From IMG/VR virus record IMGVR_UViG_3300042547_000432: a stretch of DNA of 64,000 bases. One strand, written 5' to 3'. The stretch comes from a virus. A model generated the notes under the pieces. The model worked only from the letters and a program-made list of their open reading frames with translations, was not told where the DNA came from and did not search any database. The translations under genes were made by a program, and so were the position numbers. Every line of letters starts with the position of its first letter. Position 1 is the stretch's first letter. Of the stretch, positions 44,296 through 54,191 are shown in pieces.

Positions 44296-44658
44296 TCAAA
44301 CCCGTGAATAGCAGACGCTGGCAACGCCTTGACCTGGGTGAGCGATAGAAGAGAAAGCACCATAAGACAAGTCAAGATCTCTACCTCCAACGTAGGGACC
44401 GCGATCATTTACACGCACAATCACTGTCTTGCCATTTCGTTGATTTGTAACCCTTAATCTAGTTCCGAAAGGAAGCCATTTGTGTGCGACTGATTTGCCA
44501 TAAGCATTGTATCTTTCGCCGTTTGCAGTCGTCTGCCCATGATATCCGTCACCAACTCCATAATGTGATGCGAGGGAACATCCGCTCGCTGCCTTTGCCT
44601 GTAGGGGTGCCAGTCCTGAAATAGCAACGGCAAGAATCGAAAGTGATTTAAGAAGCAT
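44296..44658 (-). CDS. rlpA: RlpA-like (DPBB) lytic transglycosylase with signal peptide
   Basis: ASHYG...TTANGERYN...AHKWLPFGTRLRVTN..NGKTVIVRVNDRGPY. Confidence 0.9.
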   Translation of the reverse strand: MLLKSLSILAVAISGLAPLQAKAASGCSLASHYGVGDGYHGQTTANGERYNAYGKSVAHKWLPFGTRLRVTNQRNGKTVIVRVNDRGPYVGGRDLDLSYGAFSSIAHPGQGVASVCYSRV

Positions 44659-44666
44659 TAATTTAC

Positions 44667-44737
44667 ATTGAACTCTACATCCCAATAGAGAAAGCGCACT
44701 TCCCCTTTCTCAAGGGGCAATCTCCTGGGCTCTAATT
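44667..44737 (-). ncRNA. Candidate cis-regulatory RNA in rlpA leader
   Basis: Nested helices CCCAG/TTGGG, GAGA/TCTC, CCCCTT-GAGA-AAGGGG. Confidence 0.45.
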
Positions 44738-44785
44738 TTCATTCACGTTATAATGACGAATGATCCCCAATTGTGAGGAATTCAT

Positions 44786-44814
44786 AATATAACATTTATT
44801 TAGGATTTTGTCAA
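44786..44814 (-). promoter_or_regulatory. Sigma70 promoter with embedded TAAATA
   Basis: TTGACA-17 (aaatcctaaataaatgt)-TATATT. Confidence 0.75.
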
Positions 44815-44853
44815 GCCCCTCCTAAATACCAGTGGTGTCGGGAAACCGAATGT

Positions 44854-45045
44854 ATGCCAAGAGAGTGGAATACTCCAATCAGGGAGCCATGGAATGCTCC
44901 CATCCATAATACTTTAAAAGCAATAGACAACCACACTCAAGAGTATTTCAAGAGTGGCGACATTTGGCACCTACAAAAAGCAGATCAACTCAGGCAATAT
45001 CTACACGAGTTAAAAACCTGGATACATAGGCAGGAAGGAAGATGA
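44854..45045 (+). CDS. Conserved cyanophage hypothetical protein
   Basis: MPREWNTPIREPWNAPIH..LKAIDNH; TAAATA at about 44823. Confidence 0.65.
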   Translation: MPREWNTPIREPWNAPIHNTLKAIDNHTQEYFKSGDIWHLQKADQLRQYLHELKTWIHRQEGR

Positions 45046-45281
45046 AACTCAATCTAAGCAAACTGATCTTTATTGTTTGTATATCAGCCGTTGGTTTTGT
45101 TGGATTGAATTTTATTGCCTGTAACTTTATGATACCAGGATCTATTATTAGTGCTAATGTATTGGGTGGATTAAAAAATCCTCCTCCCTTGGATTGTAAA
45201 GAATCCGAGAGAAGAGGATATGAAACTTTATTGGCAATTCTAACAACAGTAATTGCTTTAAGAACTAAAGTCGAAGATTAA
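45042..45281 (+). CDS. Small membrane protein
   Basis: Two hydrophobic segments; ATGA overlap. Confidence 0.55.
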   Translation: MKLNLSKLIFIVCISAVGFVGLNFIACNFMIPGSIISANVLGGLKNPPPLDCKESERRGYETLLAILTTVIALRTKVED

Positions 45282-45736
45282 GAAACCCAGAGTTTACCTT
45301 CTGCTTTTCTTCTTCTGAGTAATCCTGCTTCAACTTTGCTACCAGGATTACGATACATCTCTAATGTTTTTGGGATGAGTCCCCAATTCTTCTCACGTAG
45401 ATGGCGAGAGATAGTACTGAAATTATATGCACCGTAAAACCCAGCACCGAGATTATAAGCAAAGGATAAAAGTGCTCCGCGTTGGTTATCATTCATTTCA
45501 CTCCAATAAGGTATTTTAGATAGGGCAGGAATAAACTCCTTCTTAATCTGATTCATCAAGAGATCATCAGCAACCTTCTGCGAAATCTTATCACCAAGTT
45601 TAAATGGTTTGCCGTTGAAATCTCTGGTGCTTCCCCAACCAATAGTGATGGGCAAACTACCTGTATGTGGATCTGGGTATGCTGTCAGTTTACAACCTTC
45701 AAACTCTTTGATTAACTCTACTCCCTCCACAGGCAC
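45278..45736 (-). CDS. Phage lysozyme (GH24) endolysin
   Basis: LIKEFEGC.L.AY.DP...TIGWG...ALLSFAYNLG...GLLRRRKAE. Confidence 0.92.
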   Translation of the reverse strand: MPVEGVELIKEFEGCKLTAYPDPHTGSLPITIGWGSTRDFNGKPFKLGDKISQKVADDLLMNQIKKEFIPALSKIPYWSEMNDNQRGALLSFAYNLGAGFYGAYNFSTISRHLREKNWGLIPKTLEMYRNPGSKVEAGLLRRRKAEGKLWVS

Positions 45737-45768
45737 ATCATATTTGCTCGCTGAAGGAGTAGAGTTGT

Positions 45769-46470
45769 CTACTTTTTTACGTCAAAGATTCTCCCCCATC
45801 CATCATTGCGATTGGGGCACCAGCGACGCATGAGATCTGTCTTCTTATATACGGCGCCCTTACCGTTGGTTACAGCGCCCGTATAACCGTCGTTAAGACT
45901 GCCGTAAGGGTCGTTAACAACATAATCACCTGTAGGGGTCTTGCCGATGATTACAACCATGTGCCCCCCAGTAGGAGCAGATAGAGGGCCGCGATGGAGA
46001 ATGCCAGCAACCACGGGTCTCCCAGCAGCAAGCTCACGGTCAAGGTCATTAAAAGATAGACCATAACTAAAGTGTGACTTAATACCATAAGATGCCAAAA
46101 CTTTGGTTTGAACCACATGGTCAGTTGTGTCACCGATTGAGAAAACTTTTTGAACGTAAGCATCGTCGCCTTTCGCTCCCTTGAGTGTGCCTGGCTTAAA
46201 ATATTCTAACACCATAGCACAGGCAGATGAGTTACAAGTGCGATTAGCATCTCTGTAGTTATCTGTCTGTGGAAAGAAAGGCACGTCAAGTATATTTGAT
46301 TTTGGTTTTTCTGGTTGTGCTCTAAATGTTTTAACCCACCCAGAAGAATCTTCCATTTCTTCTGGTGTTTTTTTATTGAGAGCATCTTCAAAATATCCAA
46401 CAGCTTCTACATGCTTTGGATTCTTTTCGTCGTAATGTTTAAAAAAGTTGTGTAAATCAATCTTTGCCAT
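45769..46470 (-). CDS. C39-like cysteine peptidase
   Basis: VPFFPQTDN...RTCNSSACAM...GGHMVVIIG...YVVNDPYG. Confidence 0.85.
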   Translation of the reverse strand: MAKIDLHNFFKHYDEKNPKHVEAVGYFEDALNKKTPEEMEDSSGWVKTFRAQPEKPKSNILDVPFFPQTDNYRDANRTCNSSACAMVLEYFKPGTLKGAKGDDAYVQKVFSIGDTTDHVVQTKVLASYGIKSHFSYGLSFNDLDRELAAGRPVVAGILHRGPLSAPTGGHMVVIIGKTPTGDYVVNDPYGSLNDGYTGAVTNGKGAVYKKTDLMRRWCPNRNDGWGRIFDVKK

Positions 46471-46804
46471 CTTTGTCTCCGAATAGTTGAATGTAATACT
46501 CTGCGTCTACTACGACCAGTGGTTTTTTGCCATTCTTTTTCATGACAACAATAGGCTCATAGTCACCACAGTTGGCAGATGCTTGCTCGTAAGCATCCCA
46601 GATATTTAGCTTCTCTACATTCTTACATTCAATGCTATGAGGAAACTTTAATCTAGCAGCACGAGCCATGATAAGGTCTTCACCACCTGCCCCCATAGAG
46701 CGTGATTCAATATCTTCTGGATGAATATTGAGACACTCTACCAGTTTATCTCTCACCCATTGTTGCAGACGGCGACCTTTTGCTTTTGCTGATTGTGGGC
46801 GCAT
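46457..46804 (-). CDS. PD-(D/E)XK nuclease, Holliday-junction-resolvase-like
   Basis: SAKAKGRRLQQ...GAGGEDL...SIECKN. Confidence 0.75.
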   Translation of the reverse strand: MRPQSAKAKGRRLQQWVRDKLVECLNIHPEDIESRSMGAGGEDLIMARAARLKFPHSIECKNVEKLNIWDAYEQASANCGDYEPIVVMKKNGKKPLVVVDAEYYIQLFGDKDGKD

Positions 46805-46835
46805 AATAAAAAACCTCCAAGATGGAGGTATTTAT

Positions 46836-46973
46836 CTATTCAGTTGAACCAGGGATCTGGAATTTTTCCATTAGAATCTTTAGTATCCACCTTTGTTGAT
46901 GATTTAAATTCTCTATATTTTGTTCCTGCTCCCTGAGTTTCTTTTGAATCTTTTCTATTTTTTTCTTTCTCAC
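46836..46973 (-). CDS. 45-aa coiled-coil peptide (GTG start overlapping nrdB stop)
   Basis: VRKKKIEKIQKKLREQEQNIENLNHQQRWILKILMEKFQIPGSTE. Confidence 0.45.
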   Translation of the reverse strand: MRKKKIEKIQKKLREQEQNIENLNHQQRWILKILMEKFQIPGSTE

Positions 46974-48151
46974 AGTTTAAAACCAGCGAAAGTATCTTTC
47001 TTAACATCTTGTTTAATGCCTCCAATGACATAACTCTCAACCTCTGTTTCCTGTGGGGCAACTTGAAGACCCTTAGAAGATAACCAATGCTGAGTCCAAG
47101 GCAGTGGATTATTTGACATAGGAGTATCAAACACAGGCTTCAAACCAATCGCTCTCATGCGACGGTTGGCGATATACTCAACGTAAGAGTTGAGTAGTTT
47201 ATCATTCAATCCAATGATGCTACCATCCTTGAATAGATACTGTGCCCATGCTTTCTCTTCGTCAACCGTCTTTTTAAACTGCTCTACTGTCCACGCTTCT
47301 TCTTCTTTAGCGATTTGAAGAATGTCTGGGTCATCTCCATTAAGCCAGTTTTTGATAATGTTTTGCGTAAGGACAAGATGCTGGCTTTCGTCTCTGGCGA
47401 TGAGAGAGATAATTTTAGCGGATCCCTCCATAAGTTTAAGTTCGCCAAAAGCGAACGAGCACGCGAACGAAACATAAAATCTAATCCCCTCTAAGATGTT
47501 AACGTTGACTACGGCACGATAGAGTTTACGCTTCAACTCATAGAGAGTCTCCTTCGCAGCAGGCACACCTTCAAGTTGATGTTGCCACTGATTACCCGAC
47601 GAGTAATCTTGTGCTGCTTGAATGAAGTCATCGTATGCTTCAGTTACACTCTTCGCCCTATCAAGGATATTCTGGTCATCAAGGATAGTATCAAATACTT
47701 CTGATGGATCAGAATAGATATTCTTAATAATGTATGTATAAGAGCGGGAGTGAATCATCTCCATCGTTTCCCAGATAGTCATCGCTGACTCCAACTCTGG
47801 GAGAGAACAATAAGGAATAAATGCCATGCCTGGACCACGACCCTGCACAGAGTCAAGCATAATCTGATACTTCAAATTAGAAGTATAGATATGCTTCTGC
47901 TCTGGGCGAAGGGTAGCATAGTCAGCACGATCCTTCTGAAGAGAAACCTCTTCAGGTCTCCAAAAGTATCCGAGTTGCTGTTGAGTTAGTTTATCGAAGA
48001 TAGGATACTTGTAGGTATCATATCTCTGAATGCCCAAAGGAGCACCGAAGAACATCGGTTGCTTTTTAATATCAACATGTTTGGTGTTGAATACCGTCAT
48101 ACCTTCTACGCTAGGTGTGTTTTCGGTTAGTTTAAATCTTACAGCTGTCAC
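46970..48151 (-). CDS. nrdB: Ribonucleotide reductase class Ia beta subunit
   Basis: FWRPEEV; EMIHSRSY; EGIRFYVSF; DESQH. Confidence 0.97.
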   Translation of the reverse strand: MTAVRFKLTENTPSVEGMTVFNTKHVDIKKQPMFFGAPLGIQRYDTYKYPIFDKLTQQQLGYFWRPEEVSLQKDRADYATLRPEQKHIYTSNLKYQIMLDSVQGRGPGMAFIPYCSLPELESAMTIWETMEMIHSRSYTYIIKNIYSDPSEVFDTILDDQNILDRAKSVTEAYDDFIQAAQDYSSGNQWQHQLEGVPAAKETLYELKRKLYRAVVNVNILEGIRFYVSFACSFAFGELKLMEGSAKIISLIARDESQHLVLTQNIIKNWLNGDDPDILQIAKEEEAWTVEQFKKTVDEEKAWAQYLFKDGSIIGLNDKLLNSYVEYIANRRMRAIGLKPVFDTPMSNNPLPWTQHWLSSKGLQVAPQETEVESYVIGGIKQDVKKDTFAGFKL

Positions 48152-50447
48152 AGTCTTCCTCCTCTTGTGCTCCTTCTAGAATTGAATTAAGTAGATTCTC
48201 TACTGACTTTTTCTTTTCTTCATCCTCAACATCATCTTTCTTAATATCATATGTGTTCTGATAATAAGATGTCTTCCATCCATATTTGTAGGTGTTGAGG
48301 AGATCTTGTGCCATTACCGACACAGGTACTTCATTATCGGCATAATGCTCTGGATTATACGACCAGTTACCTGAGATTGCCTGATCAAAGAACTTCTGCA
48401 TAACAGCAACAATATTGATATAACCAGTATTGTTAGGCATATCCCAAAGAAGCGTATAAGCATTCTTAAGAGTTTGATACTGAGGGACAATCTGCTTAAG
48501 AACCCCTTTCTTGGACTTCTTAACGGACAGGAAGGCACGGGGAGGTTCGATTCCATTTGTCTCATTTGACACAACGGAACTGCTCTCCGATGGCATCTGT
48601 GCGGACAATGTTGAGTTCCTAAGACCGTGCTGTTTAATAGATTCCCTGAGCTTATCCCAATCATAGTGGAGAATGTTTGGTACGATTTCGTCTACGTCTT
48701 TCTTATATGTGTCAATGGGAAGAATGCCATCAGCATATTTGGTGCGATCAAAATAACCACACTTACCTTTCTCGATAGCAAGTTGATTAGAAGCCTTTAG
48801 TAGATAATACTGAAATGCTTCAGTCAGACCATGTACAAGATGAGCAGCAGCTTCATCAGAATACTTAACCTGATGACGAGCCAACCAGTGTGCCAGTCCG
48901 ATGTAACCAATGCCCAGCGAGCGGCGGTTGCGAGTGGATGCTTCAGCAGCAACCACAGGATACTCTTGGTAATCAATCAACTCGTCCAGCGCCCTCACAG
49001 AGAGGTCACAGAGTTCTTCTAGGTCATCAAGGTTCTTAATCTTACCTACGTTAACCGCAGAAAGAATACAGAGAGCAATCTCACCATTGATATCATCAAT
49101 GTGCTGTAGAGGATTAGTGGGTAGCGTAATCTCCTGACAAAGGTTACTCATCCAAACTTTATCCTTAAAAGAAGAGTGCTCGTTACAATGATCAATATTC
49201 ATAATGTAAATACGACCAGTTTCTGCCCTCTCTTTCAGAAGTGAAAGAAATAGTTCTTGAGCGCCAATAGTTTTTCTTGGAATAGAGTCATCTCGTTCAT
49301 AAACATTGTATAGCTCGTCAAATCCAGCAAGACCAAAAGCATCAGACAAACCTGGAACGTCGTGTGGAGAGAAGAGTGAGATGTCTTCGTTACGGATGAA
49401 TCGTTCATAGAAGAGTTTGCTGATTTGAATGCTGTAGTCTAACTTACGAACTCGGTTGTCTTCAGTTCCCTTATTGTTTTTTAATACAATGATGTCTTCG
49501 ATTTCTTTGTGCCAGATTGGGAAGTGGACTGTCGCGCTTCCTCCTCGTATACCATTTTGCGTACAGCAACGGACAGTTGCTTCAAACTTTTTGAGAAACG
49601 GTATAACGCCAGTGTGGCTGACTTCGCCGCCTCTAATTTTGCTGTTGAGAGCACGGATTCTACCTGCGTTGATACCGATGCCCGCCCTTTGAGCAACATA
49701 GCGACCAATAGCCATGTCGCTACTGAAGATGCTATCAAGGGTGTCATCAGAATCAACCAGCACACAACTAGCGAACTGTCGCAGAGGCGTCCTAACTCCT
49801 GCGAGGATGGGAGTTGGCACGTTGATTTTGTGCTTGCTGATTGCGTCGTAGTATCGTTTGACATAAGATAGACGATTTACCTGAGGGTAGTTTGCAAAGA
49901 TGGTTGCAGCAACCAACATATAAGCGTATTGTGGTGTCTCAAAAACACTCCCACTGCTTCTATCTTGTACCAGATATTTATCTACTACTTGACGAAGACC
50001 AGCATAAGTGAAGAGATAGTCACGGTCATGATCAATGAAACTATTAATCTTATCCCACTCTTCATCCGTATACTTACCAGCAAGTTGCTTGTCGTAAATA
50101 CCCTTAAAGATACCTTTAGTAAGATGCTCTCCTACTGTGGGAAAACCGTGCTTCCAATCATTTCCAAAGACTTGCTTATATAGACCGAACAAAAGAAGAC
50201 GAGCAGCAACATACTGATAATTTGGAGTGTCAAGGTCAATGAGGTCACTAGCTGACCTAACCAGGATTTCTTGGATTTCATTGGTCGTGATACCATTATA
50301 AAATTGAATACCAGAGTTGATTTCTACTTGCGATGGGGACACTCCCGCGAGACCACCACAAGCACATTCTACCATGTTATGAATCTTATCAAGGTTAAGA
50401 GATTCTGTAGAACCGTCACGCTTTTTAACTTTGATTCCGTTGCTCAT
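48132..50447 (-). CDS. nrdA: Ribonucleotide reductase class Ia alpha subunit with ATP cone
   Basis: VKKRDG ATP cone; FASCVL; SNLCQEI; MPSESSS; C-terminal CDSC. Confidence 0.97.
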   Translation of the reverse strand: MSNGIKVKKRDGSTESLNLDKIHNMVECACGGLAGVSPSQVEINSGIQFYNGITTNEIQEILVRSASDLIDLDTPNYQYVAARLLLFGLYKQVFGNDWKHGFPTVGEHLTKGIFKGIYDKQLAGKYTDEEWDKINSFIDHDRDYLFTYAGLRQVVDKYLVQDRSSGSVFETPQYAYMLVAATIFANYPQVNRLSYVKRYYDAISKHKINVPTPILAGVRTPLRQFASCVLVDSDDTLDSIFSSDMAIGRYVAQRAGIGINAGRIRALNSKIRGGEVSHTGVIPFLKKFEATVRCCTQNGIRGGSATVHFPIWHKEIEDIIVLKNNKGTEDNRVRKLDYSIQISKLFYERFIRNEDISLFSPHDVPGLSDAFGLAGFDELYNVYERDDSIPRKTIGAQELFLSLLKERAETGRIYIMNIDHCNEHSSFKDKVWMSNLCQEITLPTNPLQHIDDINGEIALCILSAVNVGKIKNLDDLEELCDLSVRALDELIDYQEYPVVAAEASTRNRRSLGIGYIGLAHWLARHQVKYSDEAAAHLVHGLTEAFQYYLLKASNQLAIEKGKCGYFDRTKYADGILPIDTYKKDVDEIVPNILHYDWDKLRESIKQHGLRNSTLSAQMPSESSSVVSNETNGIEPPRAFLSVKKSKKGVLKQIVPQYQTLKNAYTLLWDMPNNTGYINIVAVMQKFFDQAISGNWSYNPEHYADNEVPVSVMAQDLLNTYKYGWKTSYYQNTYDIKKDDVEDEEKKKSVENLLNSILEGAQEEEDCDSCKI

Positions 50448-51430
50448 ATTTTCTTCCAAAGACTAAGTTTTACTTTTGCTTCTAAACCATTATAGGTGTT
50501 ACATTCTACCATGGATTGTACGTCATGTCCAGCCAAGACCATATCGTTGATATCTTTTTCCTTAACTGACTCTGGCCAAATTACAATGCTCTCTCCTTTG
50601 TCAATACACCTTTCGTATCGTTCAACGATTTGTTTGTTTCTTGGTTCGTTGTCGTAAACAAATGTCCGACTAGGATAACGTACCCCGTCAAGTACAACAT
50701 CAGCGCCACACATCGCCAGTCCATTAGACAAGAAAAGAGAGTCGAACGGACCCTCTGTAACGTAGATATTTTCATTTGTGTTTATACGATCAAGTCCAAA
50801 TAGTTTAGGATATTGCTTATCCAAGATGGTAGTGATATAGCGAAGGTTTGAATTTTTGTTAAGAGACCTTGCTTGATATCCGAATACATTTCCATCTTCC
50901 GAGATTAGTGGGAGTATAATTCTAGGTTCTTTAATTGTATTTTTATTATTCTCCCAAGCGTTAAAATTCTCTGCGTAATAGAAGTTTGAGAAATAAATCT
51001 CTGGTATCTTTCGTGCGAGCAGATATTGTTTTGCTGGGTGTGTAGTATTTAGCGATTCGATAATTGGTAATTCGCTAAAAATATTTTTTTTAAAAACTGG
51101 AGTGGAAACAAATGGTTTAAAATCTGGAGTTTCTACCTGATAATTCTTGCCAGTCATGCCTTCCTTATAACGCTCCAACACATACTCATCATGGAGCATA
51201 GTGTTCTGGTCCTTCAGAAACTGTGAGAAGTTACGAGTGACTCCACAGTTATGACACTTATACACAAAGCTATCTCTCATCGAGAAGAGATATCCTCGTG
51301 CCTTATTCTGCTTCTTCTCCGAGTCACCACAATAGGGACAACGGAAATTGTAAGTTCCTTTCTTTTTCTCAGTAAACTTAAGGAGTTGTGAAGAGACCAA
51401 ACCAATATACTTGGTGTCAATGTAGTTCAT
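50444..51430 (-). CDS. gp61: DNA primase gp61
   Basis: FRCPYCGDS...CHNC Zn finger; TEGPFDS TOPRIM; YDNEPRN. Confidence 0.95.
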   Translation of the reverse strand: MNYIDTKYIGLVSSQLLKFTEKKKGTYNFRCPYCGDSEKKQNKARGYLFSMRDSFVYKCHNCGVTRNFSQFLKDQNTMLHDEYVLERYKEGMTGKNYQVETPDFKPFVSTPVFKKNIFSELPIIESLNTTHPAKQYLLARKIPEIYFSNFYYAENFNAWENNKNTIKEPRIILPLISEDGNVFGYQARSLNKNSNLRYITTILDKQYPKLFGLDRINTNENIYVTEGPFDSLFLSNGLAMCGADVVLDGVRYPSRTFVYDNEPRNKQIVERYERCIDKGESIVIWPESVKEKDINDMVLAGHDVQSMVECNTYNGLEAKVKLSLWKKI

Positions 51431-51852
51431 TATCTAGTGTAGGTTTGCTGACTACCCCCATTATAGTGCGATCCGAGCATGTTGTCAACAAAGGGAACGA
51501 CCAACCCCACAAGCAAAACAGCAGCCCCAACGAGAGCTGCTGCCTGCCATTTGAATTTTGATAACTCGTTAACATTGTTTTCAACTGTCTCTAGTCTTTT
51601 GATGACCGAAGCATGTTCGATTGAGTTTTGGTGCTTGACATCCTCAATCATTTTGATAATGAGTTCGTCTGTCTTTATGCTTTGCTCAATACGCTCATCA
51701 TGTTTTGTCAGAATGTTAGCAATACGCTGATTCGCATCAGAGATTTTATCTACTGCTGTTTCCAACTTGTCGAGCATCTCCCTTGAGAGTGATTCGTAGA
51801 TGTTTAATTTAGATTCCAATACATCTAATTTCGATGAGTTTCCGTTAAACAT
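51430..51852 (-). CDS. Coiled-coil protein with C-terminal TM helix
   Basis: LDKLETAVDKISDAN...FKWQAAALVGAAVLLVG. Confidence 0.65.
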   Translation of the reverse strand: MFNGNSSKLDVLESKLNIYESLSREMLDKLETAVDKISDANQRIANILTKHDERIEQSIKTDELIIKMIEDVKHQNSIEHASVIKRLETVENNVNELSKFKWQAAALVGAAVLLVGLVVPFVDNMLGSHYNGGSQQTYTR

Positions 51853-51865
51853 CTTTTCCTCTTTA

Positions 51866-52645
51866 TCAAACGTTACGAACGGCGAAGTCAAGTGCCTTTT
51901 GATATGAAGATGCGCTCATGTTGAGCATTACACGGAACTTGTCTCTATTCTCTGGGGATAAACCTTCATAAGTTGCTAGAATTCTTTTGGCATCAAAGAC
52001 ACCAATTCTTCCACCAGTGCCGTCTTGGAATACAAGATTAGCAAATGATGTCTCTGGATCTCTGCCATATGCCGAACCTTCTTCAGCAACCTTTAAAGCA
52101 GTGGTGAATACATCTACACCACCAGCAGAACCAGTTCTAGGTACGCTAATCATTTGATCCATCTCCGAAATAACATTACCTTGTGGATCAAAAGAATTCT
52201 TTTGAACTACTTGCTTCTGTGCTTTTTGTTGCTTCGATGCTGCTTTTTTTCTAAAGTCTGACATACGTGCCTTAAGCAAAGTATTCATTTCATCAGACTT
52301 GTCTTGTGCTTGCTGCTTCGCTTCTCCGCGCTTCTTTTGAAGTTCTTTCTTAGCTCTCATCTGCTTGGCAGCTTTAATTTGCTTTTGAGCCTTCTCAGTT
52401 TCAGATGTTACTTCTGAGATCATTTCCATATTTTCTTCAGACATTTTAGTTTTCCTCCTTGACATAACTCGTTGGATTAATTTTCTAGCACTTTTTTTAC
52501 GACCATCAATCTTTTCATCTTTGGTCTTTTTCAGATTTTTCTTTTTCTTTGCTGTGTTAACAAAGACAAAGGCAGGAGGAAGTGCTAGTCCAGATCCATC
52601 ACCTGCCATCATTTCATTCACAGTAGTTTGAGAAGTTTCAGACAT
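51866..52645 (-). CDS. Conserved hypothetical (probable head-associated) protein
   Basis: LPPAFV...IDGRKK; Lys-rich helices. Confidence 0.6.
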   Translation of the reverse strand: MSETSQTTVNEMMAGDGSGLALPPAFVFVNTAKKKKNLKKTKDEKIDGRKKSARKLIQRVMSRRKTKMSEENMEMISEVTSETEKAQKQIKAAKQMRAKKELQKKRGEAKQQAQDKSDEMNTLLKARMSDFRKKAASKQQKAQKQVVQKNSFDPQGNVISEMDQMISVPRTGSAGGVDVFTTALKVAEEGSAYGRDPETSFANLVFQDGTGGRIGVFDAKRILATYEGLSPENRDKFRVMLNMSASSYQKALDFAVRNV

Positions 52646-52977
52646 TGTTCGTCTACATCTGTTGTGTCTACGTTTTCTGGCAATCTATCCAAGAATAACA
52701 TATATGCTTTTAAAATTGACCAGTATTGCGATTCTATTTTATAGAATAGAAGCAGCGTTGCTGCGTCATTGAATACATTATATAATGTAATTATATGATT
52801 AAGAATTAAGTGATGTTTCAATTCACCCGTAGTTTCATAACGTCGAAGTAATCTTTTGATATATTTGAACTTTTGTAAGTCCTCTTCGAAGTCATCATAT
52901 GTAACAGATAACGGATTGTTGTAGTTTTTTATCGCAAACAACAACCAGTTATCTGGTGTCAACTCATGAAAGATCAT
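52618..52977 (-). CDS. Conserved T4-like hypothetical protein
   Basis: LFAIKNYNNP...FEEDLQKFKYIKRL...LILNHII. Confidence 0.75.
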   Translation of the reverse strand: MIFHELTPDNWLLFAIKNYNNPLSVTYDDFEEDLQKFKYIKRLLRRYETTGELKHHLILNHIITLYNVFNDAATLLLFYKIESQYWSILKAYMLFLDRLPENVDTTDVDEQCLKLLKLL

Positions 52978-52983
52978 ACATCA

Positions 52984-54102
52984 TCAAGCAAAATTATTAT
53001 TATCAACTGTTAGGGTTGCTGTATTAGAAATAACTTCCTCGCCTCCAGCAGATCCACCAATCTTGACACGATATTTCTTACCGCTGTCACCAACGAGAAG
53101 ACCAGTGAGCGCAAGTGAAGATGATGTAGCACCAGTGATGTTGCTCCACTTAGTTGTCTGCGAAGCATTTTGAACTTGCCACTGATAGATGAGAGTTCCA
53201 GTTCCAACCGCAGCAGTTACCGAGAAGGTAGCAGCAGCAGTTCCAACAGCAGTTACAGTGAGTACCAAATTATCAGTTACATCAACACCACCAATTAGAG
53301 AACCAAGAATAGTAATGGTTTCGGCAGCAGCAAATCCAGTACCAACAGCAGTAATAGCAACACTGCTTACTGCTCCACCAGCACCTCTGGTTACAGTGAA
53401 TGCTGCTCCAGTTCCAGCAACTGATCCAGCAAGACCAGTTAGAGTATAAACTTGATTTGCTTGACCAACAATAGTTGTAGTTGTTCCAGCTGTGTAATTG
53501 GTAATCGAACCAGCAGGTGTGAAAGCAGTGGCGTTAGCAGGTTGTCCAGAAATTGTAATAGCAGATGCTACATCAGCAGCAGGATTATCTTCGGTTCCAC
53601 CCTGAGCGGTGCCATAGTCACCAGCGTTAGCAGCGGTCTGATTGGCAAACGCAATACACTCTGCCTTGTGACGAGTGTTGCCGTCGCCATCAGTGTAGGT
53701 TCTATATAACCACCAACCTGGCCACTTGAGACCACGAATCTTATTCTCTTCTAAAGCAGCTTCGGTATCATCAACGAAAATAAAATTAGTGCCGCTTGGA
53801 TAATGACTTTCATGTAGAAGACGAGCTGCTACTTCTTTTGGAGGAGTTCTGCGAATAGCATTAGCAGCAGTAACGGTTCCAGTTGTGCCTGCGTATGCTA
53901 CTTTAAGTTTGAGTGTGGTTGCCGAAACTACAGACTCAACAGTATACTGAACACCAGATAAAGAAAGAACGTCTCCGTTTTGAACAAAATCGTTGGTTGT
54001 TCTATCAGTGAAGTCGCCAGTTGTAGTAACAGTTGTGCTACCATTAGTAACACTAACATTATTTGCTAACGCCTTTGCGTCAATTGTTCCGAAAATTGCC
54101 AT
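52984..54102 (-). CDS. Virion structural protein with C-terminal Ig-like domain
   Basis: ITISGQPA...FSVTA...LIYQWQ...GATSSSL...YRVKI; TAAATA at 54140-54145. Confidence 0.75.
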   Translation of the reverse strand: MAIFGTIDAKALANNVSVTNGSTTVTTTGDFTDRTTNDFVQNGDVLSLSGVQYTVESVVSATTLKLKVAYAGTTGTVTAANAIRRTPPKEVAARLLHESHYPSGTNFIFVDDTEAALEENKIRGLKWPGWWLYRTYTDGDGNTRHKAECIAFANQTAANAGDYGTAQGGTEDNPAADVASAITISGQPANATAFTPAGSITNYTAGTTTTIVGQANQVYTLTGLAGSVAGTGAAFTVTRGAGGAVSSVAITAVGTGFAAAETITILGSLIGGVDVTDNLVLTVTAVGTAAATFSVTAAVGTGTLIYQWQVQNASQTTKWSNITGATSSSLALTGLLVGDSGKKYRVKIGGSAGGEEVISNTATLTVDNNNFA

Positions 54103-54145
54103 CGGTTTCCTCTATACAATATTTGCTTTTCTAAAAAGTATTTAT

Positions 54146-54170
54146 AAAAAAAGGGATGCCTAAGCATCCC
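54146..54170 (-). terminator. Intrinsic terminator abutting a late promoter
   Basis: GGGATGC-TTAG-GCATCCC then T tract, followed by TAAATA. Confidence 0.75.
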
Positions 54171-54191
54171 CAAGCACATATGATTTGATTA

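Noticed and set aside
46840-47130. 96-aa ORF from the track
   Set aside because: Overlaps nrdB by 160 nt; a GTG-start 45-aa ORF in another frame fits the spacing better
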